This document shows positions 21,375-34,619 of a stretch of DNA of 64,000 bases, piece after piece. Numbering within the stretch: the stretch's first letter is position 1; each line of letters opens with the position of its first letter. Origin of the DNA: Synechococcus sp. (GTDB lineage Bacteria; Cyanobacteriota; Cyanobacteriia; PCC-6307; Cyanobiaceae); the NCBI GenBank assembly GCA_047285805.1, contig JBJBCN010000002.1, positions 1,152,001 through 1,216,000 on the forward strand. Direction: 5' to 3'. The position numbers were made by a program, and so were the translations under genes. The notes beneath the pieces were generated by a model. That model was not told the DNA's origin and made no database searches. It was given only the letters and a program-made list of their open reading frames with translations.

Positions 21375-21623
21375 TTAACCCTCGACCGGTTGGGTGAGCT
21401 CTTCCCGCAGCCGCCGAATGCGCTGCAAGAGGCGCAACCGGCGGCTGCGCGCCGTCGCCGTGAGAAAGATGCGCAAGGGGACGTAGATCAGGGCCATCCC
21501 GAGGCCTAAACCGGCCACGATCAGGAAGGCCATCACATTGCTGCCGGCACTTGGATCGGCCAAAGCATCGCTCAATGGCCCATTGAGGCCGTCGGCCAAG
21601 GCTTCGCTGACGCTGTCCTCCAT
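21375..21623 (-). CDS. Small membrane protein, hypothetical
   Basis: Single TM followed by basic tail (YVPLRIFLTATARSRR); fills the fabG-groEL gap. Confidence 0.65.
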   Translation of the reverse strand: MEDSVSEALADGLNGPLSDALADPSAGSNVMAFLIVAGLGLGMALIYVPLRIFLTATARSRRLRLLQRIRRLREELTQPVEG

Positions 21624-21625
21624 GA

Positions 21626-23458
<1,833 letters not shown>

Positions 23459-23465
23459 TCCCGGA

Positions 23466-23708
23466 CTACATCGTCCGAATCAAGCGGGCGTAAATCCGGT
23501 AGATAGCGAGGGCTTCCCTGGGCGGATTGCTGCACAGGAGGCCCAGCTCCCTTTTCAACGCTTCAAGTTCAGCAAAGGGGAGCCCAGCCATGGGCATAGC
23601 CATGAGGGTCACTCCCAACGCCACAGAAAACAACGGCAGCGCGCGCTGGGAGCTCATCAACCCTGCTCCCAAACGAGACAAACTTGGTTTGCTCCCGGCT
23701 TGTGGCAA
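23466..23708 (-). CDS. Hypothetical small protein with hydrophobic N-terminus
   Basis: Fills the gap, co-directional with nanE; LGLLCSNPPREAL segment; start uncertain. Confidence 0.5.
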   Translation of the reverse strand: MPQAGSKPSLSRLGAGLMSSQRALPLFSVALGVTLMAMPMAGLPFAELEALKRELGLLCSNPPREALAIYRIYARLIRTM

Positions 23709-23739
23709 AGGCCCCCTCCTTCAGAAACCTTTTTGACGC

Positions 23740-24429
23740 CTAGGCCCCGAGGGCCCGCTGGTACGCCGCTACCTGCAAATCCACCCCGGTGATGGCGGTG
23801 CCCACGACGACAGCATCGGCACCGCCATCGAGAGCCTGACGAGCCTGCTGAGGCGACGCGATCCCCCCCTCACAAATCAGCAGCACTTCGGCGGGCAGCT
23901 GCTCCCGAAGAGGTACCAAAACAGGCCAAGCCGGGGGCGGAAGCGACGCGGTGGCCTCGGTGTAGCCATACAGAGTTGTACCCACCCAATCGCAACCCAG
24001 TTGAGCGGCGCGTAGGCCGTTCTCCAGGCTGTCGACATCCGCCATCAAGCACGCACCAAGCTCCTGCTTGGCACGCTGCAGCAACGCAGGCAACTGGGCT
24101 CCATCGGGGCGACCCCGTTCTGTCGCATCGAGGGCAATCACATCGGCCCCAGCAGCCCAGACCGCCTGGATCTCCTTCCAGCCTGGGGTGATATAGACGG
24201 AACTATCTGGGAAAGTGCGCTTCCACAGCCCAATGATCAAGGCTTCGGGGCAACGACGACGCACGGCTCCGATGTGCTCGGGGCTCTCCAAGCGAACCCC
24301 AACCGAGCCGTTGTTCAGGGACGCTTCCGCCATGGCTGCGATCACCTGGGGATCGCGCATCGGCGACCCCTCCGGAGCTTGAACCGAAACGATCAGTCCT
24401 CCCCGGAGCCTGGATGGATCAGGTAGCAC
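23740..24429 (-). CDS. nanE: N-acetylmannosamine-6-phosphate 2-epimerase
   Basis: GLIVSVQA, IIGLWKR, VYITP, GTTLYGYT, EGGI, VVVGTAIT. Confidence 0.93.
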   Translation of the reverse strand: MLPDPSRLRGGLIVSVQAPEGSPMRDPQVIAAMAEASLNNGSVGVRLESPEHIGAVRRRCPEALIIGLWKRTFPDSSVYITPGWKEIQAVWAAGADVIALDATERGRPDGAQLPALLQRAKQELGACLMADVDSLENGLRAAQLGCDWVGTTLYGYTEATASLPPPAWPVLVPLREQLPAEVLLICEGGIASPQQARQALDGGADAVVVGTAITGVDLQVAAYQRALGA

Positions 24430-24976
24430 AGGACTCTCCGGCACTCGGCAGCCAAGAGCGCAACTCAGCGAGGGCGGGATGACTCGGAGCAGGGGCAGGC
24501 CGCGAAGCGACGGGACGCGGGCGGATGGAGTGCTGGGCAATAGGGAGAGGCGCGGGCGCAGCAACCGGTTCCGGTTCGCTTGCTGCCACTGCTGGGGCTG
24601 GGGCTGGGGCTGGGGCTGCGGCAACGCTGGGCTCAGGCTCTGGAACCGCTTCGGGCGTGGGCTCCGAAGCGATCTCCTCTTGAGCGGGCTCGCTCTTAAC
24701 GACGACAGGCTCAGCGATGACGAGAGGCTCGGGGACTGAATGCATGTCTTCGAGCTCTGGCGCTCCCAAACGCCACCAACCCAGCCCCTCGGGATCGTCA
24801 CGCTCCAGCTCTTCAAACAACGGCTCCAGCCCGTCGACACCGTGGCGATGGGCCCATTGCCCAAGCAACCCATCAACCCCAGCTCGATCACGCTCGGACA
24901 GGGCTTGCCTCAGGGAGAGGACATGGGCCTGGCGGCGGGCTTGCGGAGAAGGAGGTCTGGAAGGGCGCTGGGCCAC
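24419..24976 (-). CDS. Hypothetical protein with Pro/Glu/Ala-rich linker
   Basis: Operon-like packing; QWAHRHG N-terminal block and PAP.HPALAELRSWLP C-terminal block. Confidence 0.7.
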   Translation of the reverse strand: MAQRPSRPPSPQARRQAHVLSLRQALSERDRAGVDGLLGQWAHRHGVDGLEPLFEELERDDPEGLGWWRLGAPELEDMHSVPEPLVIAEPVVVKSEPAQEEIASEPTPEAVPEPEPSVAAAPAPAPAPAVAASEPEPVAAPAPLPIAQHSIRPRPVASRPAPAPSHPALAELRSWLPSAGESCAT

Positions 24977-24994
24977 GATCGCATCCGGAAAAGA

Positions 24995-25861
24995 TCAGGC
25001 GAGCTTGCGATCCAGCAGAGGGCGGATCAACAGGAACAAACCCACCGCCAGGGCAGCCAGGACTCCCAAACAGGCGGCGGCCGTCAAATCCCCATAGGGG
25101 GCATGCAAGACCACGGCAGAAAGGGAGAAGTGACCGGCGTAGGCGGCTCGAATCGGCTCAATCGCGAAGGTAAGGGGATTTACGGCCGCTAGCCAGCCCA
25201 ACCAGGCCGGCATAAAGGAAATCGGGGCAAGCGCCGTACTGGCAAAAAGCAGGGGCAAGTTGGCCACAAAGATCACGGCAATCAGCTCGATGTGCCCCGG
25301 CAGCGCAAAGGCCAAGCCCAAACTCATGCCCGTGACGGCAAAGACCAGCAAGAGCAAGGTCAGCAGCACCAAAACCAACCCACCGCCGCCGGGCCAGCCA
25401 TAGCCAAGCACCCAGGCCGTGGCCATGATCGCGACGCTCTGAACCAGGCTGAGCACGGTGATGTAGAGCACCGACGCCAAGACAATCGAACTGCGTGAAC
25501 GCAAGGGTGCCACCAGCAGGCGATTGAGGAAGCCGAACTCGCGATCGAACATCACCGGCAAGCCTGCATTGAGGGCCGCACTGAAAGCGGTGAAGACGAT
25601 CACACCTGCCCCAAGAAAGCGTCCATAGCTCATGCCCTCGGGAAGAAGACCTTCTGGGGCATTAGCGAAGAGGGCCCCAAAGAGGACCAACCAAATGAGG
25701 GGTTGCAGGACCCCGGCCACCAACGTCGAGGGACGACGGGCCAGTTGAAGAAACAGGCGGCGGGTGAGGGCCAGGGTTTCCTGGGTCAGATCAGCCAGCG
25801 CCGAGCGTTGCGCGTTGGCGCTTAAGGCTGGACTAAGCAAAGAGGAGGAAGCGCTGGTCAT
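24995..25861 (-). CDS. ABC-2 type transporter permease
   Basis: QPLIWLVLFG, DREFGFLNRLLVAP, NPLTFAIE. Confidence 0.93.
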   Translation of the reverse strand: MTSASSSLLSPALSANAQRSALADLTQETLALTRRLFLQLARRPSTLVAGVLQPLIWLVLFGALFANAPEGLLPEGMSYGRFLGAGVIVFTAFSAALNAGLPVMFDREFGFLNRLLVAPLRSRSSIVLASVLYITVLSLVQSVAIMATAWVLGYGWPGGGGLVLVLLTLLLLVFAVTGMSLGLAFALPGHIELIAVIFVANLPLLFASTALAPISFMPAWLGWLAAVNPLTFAIEPIRAAYAGHFSLSAVVLHAPYGDLTAAACLGVLAALAVGLFLLIRPLLDRKLA

Positions 25862-25912
25862 GTCAGAAAGCAGAAAAGTCCATCCCGGGGAAATCTCGAA
25901 CCGAAGCAGGGG

Positions 25913-26944
25913 TCAACGCATCGACTGCTTGCGCTCCGCCTTGGCATCACGGACACCAGCCACTGCCAATTCGGCATCCATCAAGGTGCGGCCCGTGGCC
26001 TGCAGGTAGACGTCATCCAAGCTGGGGCGGCTCTGCGCCAAGGCGAAGACAGGCAGTTGGGCCTCGGCCAACTGACGCCGCAGTTGCTCCACAACACCGT
26101 CGTTTTCGACCACCAGGTTCAACGAGAAGCCTTGGGCCCGGTTCACGACCACCTGGCGCACCCCTGGGCACGCCTGCAGCAGCTGTTGCACCCGCAGGGC
26201 CTCGGGCTCATCGCTGAATTCCCGAACTCGCAGGGTGACACGGTCACCTCCGAGGGCGGCTTTGAGCTCAGACGGAGGGCCCGAGGCGATGACTCGGCCG
26301 CCCTCGATGATCGCCAGCTGATCCGCCAGGGCATCAACCTCCTCGAGGTAGTGGCTGCTGAGCAGCACCGTGGTCCCTTGATCCCGCAGTTGACGCAGAA
26401 CCGTCCAGATGGCGGCCCGACTCTCGATATCCAGACCAACGGTGGGTTCATCCAGCACCAGAACATCTGGCCGGTGCAGCAGTCCCGAGGCCAAATCCAA
26501 ACGGCGACGCATCCCACCGGAATAGGTGCCGCTCCGGCGATCGATCCAATCGGCCATGCCCAAAATGGCAATCAGCTCGGCGATGCGCTGATCGCGCGCT
26601 GATCGTGGAAGGTGATACAGGTCCGCCTGCAACTGCAGCAGCTCACGGCCGCTAAGGATTTTGTCTAAGGCGACTTCCTGGGCCACGTAGCCCAAGCGCT
26701 CGCGGACGCCCCTGGGGTCGGTCAGGGCATCCAGCCCAGCCACCTGAACCCGGCCTCTGGATGGTGCCAACAACGTGGCCAGGATGCGCAGGGTGGTGGT
26801 TTTGCCCGCCCCATTAGGGCCGAGCAAACCAAACAGGCTGCCCGCGGGGACCTGCAGATTCAGACCATTGAGGGCATCAACGGCTTTCTCGCCTTTGCCA
26901 TAGCGCTTGGAGACGTTCTCCAGATCAATCACTGGATGAGTCAC
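25913..26944 (-). CDS. ABC transporter ATP-binding protein (DrrA/NodI-like)
   Basis: GPNGAGKTT, YSGGMRRR, LDEPTVGLD, PSLDDVYL..TG. Confidence 0.94.
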   Translation of the reverse strand: MTHPVIDLENVSKRYGKGEKAVDALNGLNLQVPAGSLFGLLGPNGAGKTTTLRILATLLAPSRGRVQVAGLDALTDPRGVRERLGYVAQEVALDKILSGRELLQLQADLYHLPRSARDQRIAELIAILGMADWIDRRSGTYSGGMRRRLDLASGLLHRPDVLVLDEPTVGLDIESRAAIWTVLRQLRDQGTTVLLSSHYLEEVDALADQLAIIEGGRVIASGPPSELKAALGGDRVTLRVREFSDEPEALRVQQLLQACPGVRQVVVNRAQGFSLNLVVENDGVVEQLRRQLAEAQLPVFALAQSRPSLDDVYLQATGRTLMDAELAVAGVRDAKAERKQSMR

Positions 26945-26981
26945 CGCCGCCGACCTCGCTGGAGCACTAGGAGTCTCGAAT

Positions 26982-27998
26982 CTAGAAAGCTCTGCTGACC
27001 AGCGATGCGACCAGGGTGAAACCTCCGTTGCCGGACCCACTCCACCCGAGCAGGGCGAAGCCCTGCTCCGAGAACTGCTCACCAGCCGGCATGCGTGCCA
27101 TCAACAGCAGAAGACAGACACCGAAGAGATAGAAGATCGACCAGCGAAAGAGCCCCTTGGCCCGCTGAAGATCATCTGGGTCTTGCTGCAAATTCCAGGT
27201 CATCTGCAGAAGCCGAGCGTTAAAGGGCAGCAGCAAGAGCCCATAGAGCAAACCACCGCCGGGCAAGGCCCAGACCCCCACCAGACTGAGCACCACGGTG
27301 GCCAGGGCATACCAGCGAATGGCCTCAGCCGTGGCACCACTGCCCTTCACCACTGGAAGCATCGGAATGCCCACGTTGCGGTAGTCCTCCTCGAGCAACA
27401 AGGCCAAGGCCCAGAAATGGGCGGGTGTCCAGAGCATCACCAAGGCAAACAACCACCAACTGCCCAGGCCAAGGTGACCTGTTGCGGCGGCGGCGCCCAC
27501 CAGCGGAGGAATGGCACCAGCCACACCACCTATGACGATGTTTTGGGTGGTGCGGGGCTTGAGCAGCACCGTGTAGAGGAGCACATAGCTGCAGAGGCCC
27601 AGCAGCGACAAGCTCGCGGCCAAACAATTCACACCCCCCACCAAGAGGGTGGCAGCTGTCAAGGTCAGGGTGACGGCAATGGCGAAGGCCGTCGTGATGG
27701 AGAGGCGACCGGAGGGGAGGGCACGACCACTGGTCCGCTGCATGCGGCCATCGAGCTCCTGCTCCCAAAGACAGTTCAAAATGCCGGCCGCTGCCGCCGC
27801 CAAGGCTCCGCCTCCCAAGGTGCATGCCAAGCGCAAGGGAGGCAGCGGCCAGCCCTCTGACAGCGCCATCCCACCAAGGGTGGTGGCCAACAGCAGGGGA
27901 ATCAACCGCGGCTTGGCGATCTCCAACCAGGGGGGCAACTTGACCCGCTTCCGGGAGGGGACAACCTCCTCTCGCGTCAAGGTCAGGGAATTAGCCAC
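26982..27998 (-). CDS. ctaB: Heme o synthase (protoheme IX farnesyltransferase)
   Basis: [27 protein letters not shown]...GIPMLP. Confidence 0.96.
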   Translation of the reverse strand: MANSLTLTREEVVPSRKRVKLPPWLEIAKPRLIPLLLATTLGGMALSEGWPLPPLRLACTLGGGALAAAAAGILNCLWEQELDGRMQRTSGRALPSGRLSITTAFAIAVTLTLTAATLLVGGVNCLAASLSLLGLCSYVLLYTVLLKPRTTQNIVIGGVAGAIPPLVGAAAATGHLGLGSWWLFALVMLWTPAHFWALALLLEEDYRNVGIPMLPVVKGSGATAEAIRWYALATVVLSLVGVWALPGGGLLYGLLLLPFNARLLQMTWNLQQDPDDLQRAKGLFRWSIFYLFGVCLLLLMARMPAGEQFSEQGFALLGWSGSGNGGFTLVASLVSRAF

Positions 27999-28872
27999 GA
28001 AGCACCTCCGGCCAACTACGAACGGTCAAGGCCGCCAACACGGCCACCAGAAGGGCGGCCCCGAGCTGGTGGGCCACCGTCACCACAGGAACGGACAGGC
28101 TGAACCGCAAACTCATTACGCCCAGGGCGATCTGAAGCAACACCAACAGTGCTGCAGCCAGGGCCAAGGGGCGATCACTGGGACGTTTCAAGAGCAGAAG
28201 CCCGGAACCGAGCAGCACCAGAACCCCCACCGGCCGCGCACCAATGCGATGAAAGAGAAGCGAGGAGCAGCCCTCACCTGCGCTCAAGCAACGCCCCGCT
28301 GCCCACTGACTGGCCATCAAGCCGCCGAGGAGGCATTGCACCAAGACAGCCAGGGCCAGAGCCGCGGCCAAACCAGCCCAAAAGGGAGAACGGCTCGAAG
28401 CCGGGGCGAGCGAGCCGATCCTCAGTAATTCACTCAGACCACTGAGGAGAGCCACCAGCACCAGGGCGGTGAGCAGGTGAGCCGTCACCAGAGGGAAGGG
28501 CAACAACATGGTCACCGTTAAGGCCCCCAAGCCGGCTTGAACGGCCACCAAGACCAGACTGAGGCTGGACAAGAGCGGAAAGCCCTGGGGCAACTCGCGC
28601 CGCCAACACCAGCTCGCCGCGGTGAGCACCAGTAGACCGACACCAACGACGAAGGCATCGAGGCGGTGGAACCATTCCAGGAAGACCTGGAGGTTCATCT
28701 GACGACCCGGCAAGAGGGAGCCGTAGCAAAGGGGCCAGTCGGGGCAAGCCAGACCTGCCTCCATCACTCGCGTCGCGCCGCCAATCACCGCTAGCGCAAT
28801 CAAGGCCACCAAAAGATGGGCGCAGAGTTTGGCTAAACGGTCTCGTTTCCTGGGCTGTGTGGCGCCGAACAT
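27991..28872 (-). CDS. ctaA: Heme A synthase (COX15/CtaA)
   Basis: [18 protein letters not shown], conserved His in TM helices. Confidence 0.94.
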   Translation of the reverse strand: MFGATQPRKRDRLAKLCAHLLVALIALAVIGGATRVMEAGLACPDWPLCYGSLLPGRQMNLQVFLEWFHRLDAFVVGVGLLVLTAASWCWRRELPQGFPLLSSLSLVLVAVQAGLGALTVTMLLPFPLVTAHLLTALVLVALLSGLSELLRIGSLAPASSRSPFWAGLAAALALAVLVQCLLGGLMASQWAAGRCLSAGEGCSSLLFHRIGARPVGVLVLLGSGLLLLKRPSDRPLALAAALLVLLQIALGVMSLRFSLSVPVVTVAHQLGAALLVAVLAALTVRSWPEVLRG

Positions 28873-29078
28873 CTCAGCGGGAGAGGGACGGTTGGCGTAA
28901 ACCTAGTGACGTCTCCTCGGCTTCGCTGACCAGCGCAGCAAGCAGTCCCAAAGCGACACCGATAGTGATTAATCCGTGAGCATTCCCTCACCGATGAGCG
29001 GCGGATTACTGCAAAGAACCACGAACGACACCTCAATCGAAAACCCTCCATAGGCTGATTGGGATCGATTCCAGGACT

Positions 29079-29914
29079 ATGCGGATTCCAGCCGCAATCC
29101 TCACCCTGATCACCGGCATGGCCCTTGTTTTGCTGGGCCTATGGATCGGGCAGAACGTCAACCTCCTCCCGGTGGATGCCAGCGCGAATGCGCCGGTCTA
29201 CGACGAACTCTTCAAGGTTCTCTTCAGCATTGGGACCATCCTTTTTGTTGGGATTTTTGGGCTGATCGTCTACAGCCTGGTGAAATTTCGCCGCAAACCT
29301 GGTGATCCGGGTGAAGGTGAAGCCGTCGAGGGAAACCTTCCCCTCGAGATCCTCTGGACCGCAATCCCCGCGGTGGTCGTACTGTTCGTCGGCATCTACA
29401 GCTACGACATCTACGACCGAATGGGCGGCATGGCCCCGCTCAACGACCACAGCTTGCACTCCATGGGCGGAGAAATGGAGGAGTCCCGCACCTGGGGCGG
29501 CATCAGTCCGCTGAGCCTTGATAGTGATGGCGCAGCTACTCCACTGCCGATCGATGTGACGGCGATGCAGTTCGCCTTCATCTTTCACTACCCCGACTCG
29601 GAGATCACCAGCGGTGAGCTCCATGTGCCCATGGGGCAGCCGGTGGCCCTTCACATGAAGGCCAATGACGTGATCCATGCCTTTTGGGTGCCGGAATTCC
29701 GCCTCAAGCAGGACGTCATCCCCGGTCAACCCACCCTGTTGAGCTTTACCGCGACCCGCCCGGGCCGCTATCCGATCGTCTGCGCGGAGCTCTGCGGTCC
29801 GTACCACGGCGGCATGCGCTCAACGGTGATCGTCGACGAACCCGAGACGTTCGAAGCCTGGGTGAACCAAAACAGTCCGATTGCGAACGCCGCTCCCCAG
29901 CCCCCGGTTCAGTC

Positions 29915-29918
<4 letters not shown>
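29079..29918 (+). CDS. ctaC: Cytochrome c oxidase subunit II
   Basis: LEILWTAIP, DVIHAFWVP, CAELCGPYHGGM CuA motif. Confidence 0.97.
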
Positions 29919-31591
<1,673 letters not shown>

Positions 31592-31596
31592 ACACC

Positions 31597-32199
31597 ATGA
31601 CCAGCCTGAGTCCCAGCGAGTCCCTGAGCAAACACGAAGGCAGCAAAGCGCAAGAGCACCACGGCGACTTCCGGATGTTCGGCCTCGCCTGTTTTCTGGT
31701 CGCCGATGGCATGACCTTCGCAGGATTCTTCGCGGCGTATCTGACCTTCCGCGCCGTCAATCCGTTGCCATCCGGGGCTACCTACGAATTGGAGATGGTG
31801 CTGCCCACTATCAACACCCTGCTGCTGCTGATCAGCAGCTTCACCTTCCATCGCGCTGGTGCGGCGATGAAGCGCAACCAACGGGCCCTGGGCCAGCGCT
31901 GGTTACTGATCAGTGCCGCGCTTGGCTTCGCGTTTCTGGCCGGTCAAATGAAGGAGTACTTCGAGCTCCCCTTTGGCCTCACCGACAACCTCTTTGCAAG
32001 CACCTTCTATGCGATCACCGGCTTCCACGGTCTGCACGTGACCTTGGGCGGCTTGATGATCCTGATCGTCTGGTGGCAATGCCGAGACGGTGGTCGGGTG
32101 AAGCAAGACAACCTCTTCCCCTTGGAGGCCGCGGAGCTTTATTGGCACTTCGTCGATGGCATCTGGGTGGTCCTCTACGGACTCCTTTATCTGCTGTAA
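31597..32199 (+). CDS. ctaE: Cytochrome c oxidase subunit III
   Basis: TGFHGLHV, YWHFVD. Confidence 0.97.
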   Translation: MTSLSPSESLSKHEGSKAQEHHGDFRMFGLACFLVADGMTFAGFFAAYLTFRAVNPLPSGATYELEMVLPTINTLLLLISSFTFHRAGAAMKRNQRALGQRWLLISAALGFAFLAGQMKEYFELPFGLTDNLFASTFYAITGFHGLHVTLGGLMILIVWWQCRDGGRVKQDNLFPLEAAELYWHFVDGIWVVLYGLLYLL

Positions 32200-32326
32200 G
32201 GCCACTGTTTGATCACAGTTCTTGCAAATTGCCCTTGCGAAGCATTGCTTGGGATCGGCACAATCGGGCCGCCAGCACCCCAACGCACCGGTGTTCGTCG
32301 AAGAGAAGACAACCAAGCCAACCGAG

Positions 32327-32698
32327 ATGCTGGAAGGCAAGGCTCTGCTGGATAAGGCTCGCTCCCTCAGCAATCGCCCGGAGGATCAAATCGCCAGGGC
32401 CTGCGGTTATGTCGGTCCCAGTGGCCGTCTGCTCAAAAAAAGCTTCTACCGCGCCCTCGTTGAAGCGAAGGGCTACAAGCTGCCCAGCCAAAGCGGCGGC
32501 GGCAGTGGCACCAAAGGTCGCCAAGCCGAGTTCCGCACCAAGGTGCACGGCAATGGAAACCTGCTGATCGGGAACGCCTACACGCGTCGCATGGGGCTGG
32601 AGCCCGGCCAGGAGTTCAAGATCGAGATCCACAAAGAAACGGGCTCCATTTGGCTCCTGCCCGTCGAGGGGGACAGCAGCACAAAAGAAGCCCTCTGA
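32327..32698 (+). CDS. AbrB-family transcriptional regulator (cyanobacterial type)
   Basis: MLEGKALL, ARACGY, FYRALVEAKG, GNLLIGNAYT..MGLEPG. Confidence 0.9.
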   Translation: MLEGKALLDKARSLSNRPEDQIARACGYVGPSGRLLKKSFYRALVEAKGYKLPSQSGGGSGTKGRQAEFRTKVHGNGNLLIGNAYTRRMGLEPGQEFKIEIHKETGSIWLLPVEGDSSTKEAL

Positions 32699-32715
32699 AC
32701 GGCGCGCGTGAGCGC

Positions 32716-33300
32716 TTAGCGCTCGTCCGGTCCGTGGAAGGCGGCACTGAACACCAAGAGGTCAATCCCGCTGAAGAGAAAGCTGATCCCCACCAGGATT
32801 CCGAGCACGCTCAACAGACCCAGTCCCTTCATCGAAACGATGATCAAGCCGAGGATGAAGGTGACGATGCCATTGGCTAAACCCCAGCCCCAGCCGGCCA
32901 TCTCGGTGTGGGACAGGGAGACGATGCTGGCCACCACACCCTCCACCAGAAAGACGATGCCGATGGCGAAGGCAAAGGCAGCCACCTGAGCAGCTGCCGG
33001 TTCCACGCCGGCGCTGAACTGCTGGATGATCCAAGCGCCGGTCACTACAAACAAGGTAGAGACCACGAGCCGCCAGAAGCAGTGCCATTTGCTCAGCTGC
33101 CTGGAGCGGTTGAGGCTGTTCACCCAGCCGATGATCCCGCCCACCAGGAAAGCCAGGGCCACAACCACCGTCACCCATGCGGAGGCAATCATCGGGAAAA
33201 TAAGGGCGAGAACGCCCAGCACCAACAACAAGATGCCTTCGGCAACGGTGAAGCTGCGCAGGGCGCCCACCGCCAAACCGGAATTGCCGTCTGAGGCCAT
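32716..33300 (-). CDS. HdeD/DUF308 family membrane protein
   Basis: GILLLVLGVLAL..P repeat units, LVGISFLFSG; six TM segments. Confidence 0.85.
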   Translation of the reverse strand: MASDGNSGLAVGALRSFTVAEGILLLVLGVLALIFPMIASAWVTVVVALAFLVGGIIGWVNSLNRSRQLSKWHCFWRLVVSTLFVVTGAWIIQQFSAGVEPAAAQVAAFAFAIGIVFLVEGVVASIVSLSHTEMAGWGWGLANGIVTFILGLIIVSMKGLGLLSVLGILVGISFLFSGIDLLVFSAAFHGPDER

Positions 33301-33355
33301 GAAGTGTTCAGCAGGAACACGAACCCCCGGAACGTAGGCATGGCCTCTGGAGTTG

Positions 33356-34021
33356 TCAGCTCCAGCCGTGCTCTTTCAACCAGGCATCACTGATCTGAGC
33401 CGACGACGGACCAGCCCCAGACGCGCGGTGCTGAAGCAAGCGTTCGGTGTACTTCGCCAGCAGATCCGCCTCCAAATTCACCGCCATGCCCCGCTGCAGA
33501 TGTTGCAGGGTCGTGCTGCTCCAGGTGTGGGGAATCACCGCAATCCAAAACTCGGCTCCATCGGCGCTGCACCCCGCCACGGTCAGGCTGATGCCATCCA
33601 AAGCAACACTGGCCTTCTCGCAGATGTAGCGGCCGAAGGCCGAATCCTGCCAACGCAGCCTGAGCGTCCATGAGGCGCTCTGCTCCTCCACCGCCACCAC
33701 ATGGCCCAGACCATCAACATGGCCACTCACCAGATGACCGCCGAGACGATCCTGAAGACGCAGGGCCGGCTCAAGATTGACCCAGCCCCCTCGGTCGGCC
33801 TTCGCCGAGAGGGTCGTGCGGCGCAAGGTCTCTTCGCTGACATCGGACTGAAAGCCGCTGGCAGAGCGTTCGGTCACCGTCAAGCAGACCCCGTCGACGG
33901 CCACGCTGTCCCCAAGGGCCAACTGGGCAGGGTCGAGCTCAGAACCCAGAGGGATCTGCAGCGTCACGCCTCCACTGCGGCGCTGCAGCTGTCCGGTGGC
34001 CTGAACCAGCCCTGTGAACAT
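33356..34021 (-). CDS. ribE: Riboflavin synthase (alpha chain)
   Basis: MFTGLV, GDSVAVDGVCLT, VNLE, GGHLVSGHVD. Confidence 0.97.
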   Translation of the reverse strand: MFTGLVQATGQLQRRSGGVTLQIPLGSELDPAQLALGDSVAVDGVCLTVTERSASGFQSDVSEETLRRTTLSAKADRGGWVNLEPALRLQDRLGGHLVSGHVDGLGHVVAVEEQSASWTLRLRWQDSAFGRYICEKASVALDGISLTVAGCSADGAEFWIAVIPHTWSSTTLQHLQRGMAVNLEADLLAKYTERLLQHRASGAGPSSAQISDAWLKEHGWS

Positions 34022-34076
34022 GCGGTGGCCCGATCAACACTGGCCATAATCGGGCAGAAGGGAGAGCGGGCAAGTC

Positions 34077-34619
34077 ATGGTCGAAATGCAAGTGGCCGGC
34101 ATTGCCCTCGATGCCGCCAGTCGCAGCCCGATCGTTCTGCTACGCGACCCGTCAGGCCGCCGTCAGGTGCCGATCTGGATCGACCAGGCCCAAGCCCAAA
34201 ACATCATGGCCGGCCTCAGCGACCAGGCTCCGCCCCGTCCCCTCAGCCATGACCTGATGGTGGAACTCCTGCAGGCCGGGGGCCTGCAGCTGACCAAGGT
34301 GATCGTTCACGCCATCGAAGACAGCACCTTTCGTGCCGTCCTGAAAGTGGAGAGGGCTGGCGAGGAGGAAGTGGAACTGGATGCCCGCCCAAGCGACGCC
34401 ATCGCCCTGGCGATCCGCACCGGCAGTGGGATCTGGATGCTGGAGGAAGTGGTCTCCGACGCCTCCATTCCTGTCGATGCGGAGGCGGACGCTGAAGACG
34501 CCGCCGATTTCCGCCGCTTCATCGACGGCATCAGTCCAGCTGAACTGGTCCGGCACATCAAGCAAGCCCAGACCGACGTGGATCCCGCCGCGGAACAGCC
34601 GGAGGAAGACGCTGGCTGA
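34077..34619 (+). CDS. Bifunctional nuclease family protein (DUF151)
   Basis: VPIWI, PPRPLSHDL, DARPSDAIALA. Confidence 0.93.
   Translation: MVEMQVAGIALDAASRSPIVLLRDPSGRRQVPIWIDQAQAQNIMAGLSDQAPPRPLSHDLMVELLQAGGLQLTKVIVHAIEDSTFRAVLKVERAGEEEVELDARPSDAIALAIRTGSGIWMLEEVVSDASIPVDAEADAEDAADFRRFIDGISPAELVRHIKQAQTDVDPAAEQPEEDAG

Noticed and set aside
24592..24620. (CTGGGG)n hexamer run
   Set aside because: Encodes an in-frame PAPAPA linker in a low-complexity protein
23740..24891. NanE with a long N-terminal extension; similar apparent extensions on the GT4, LD-carboxypeptidase and ctaD ORFs
   Set aside because: The extensions are alternate frames of the upstream genes; plausible starts exist at the conserved domain boundaries
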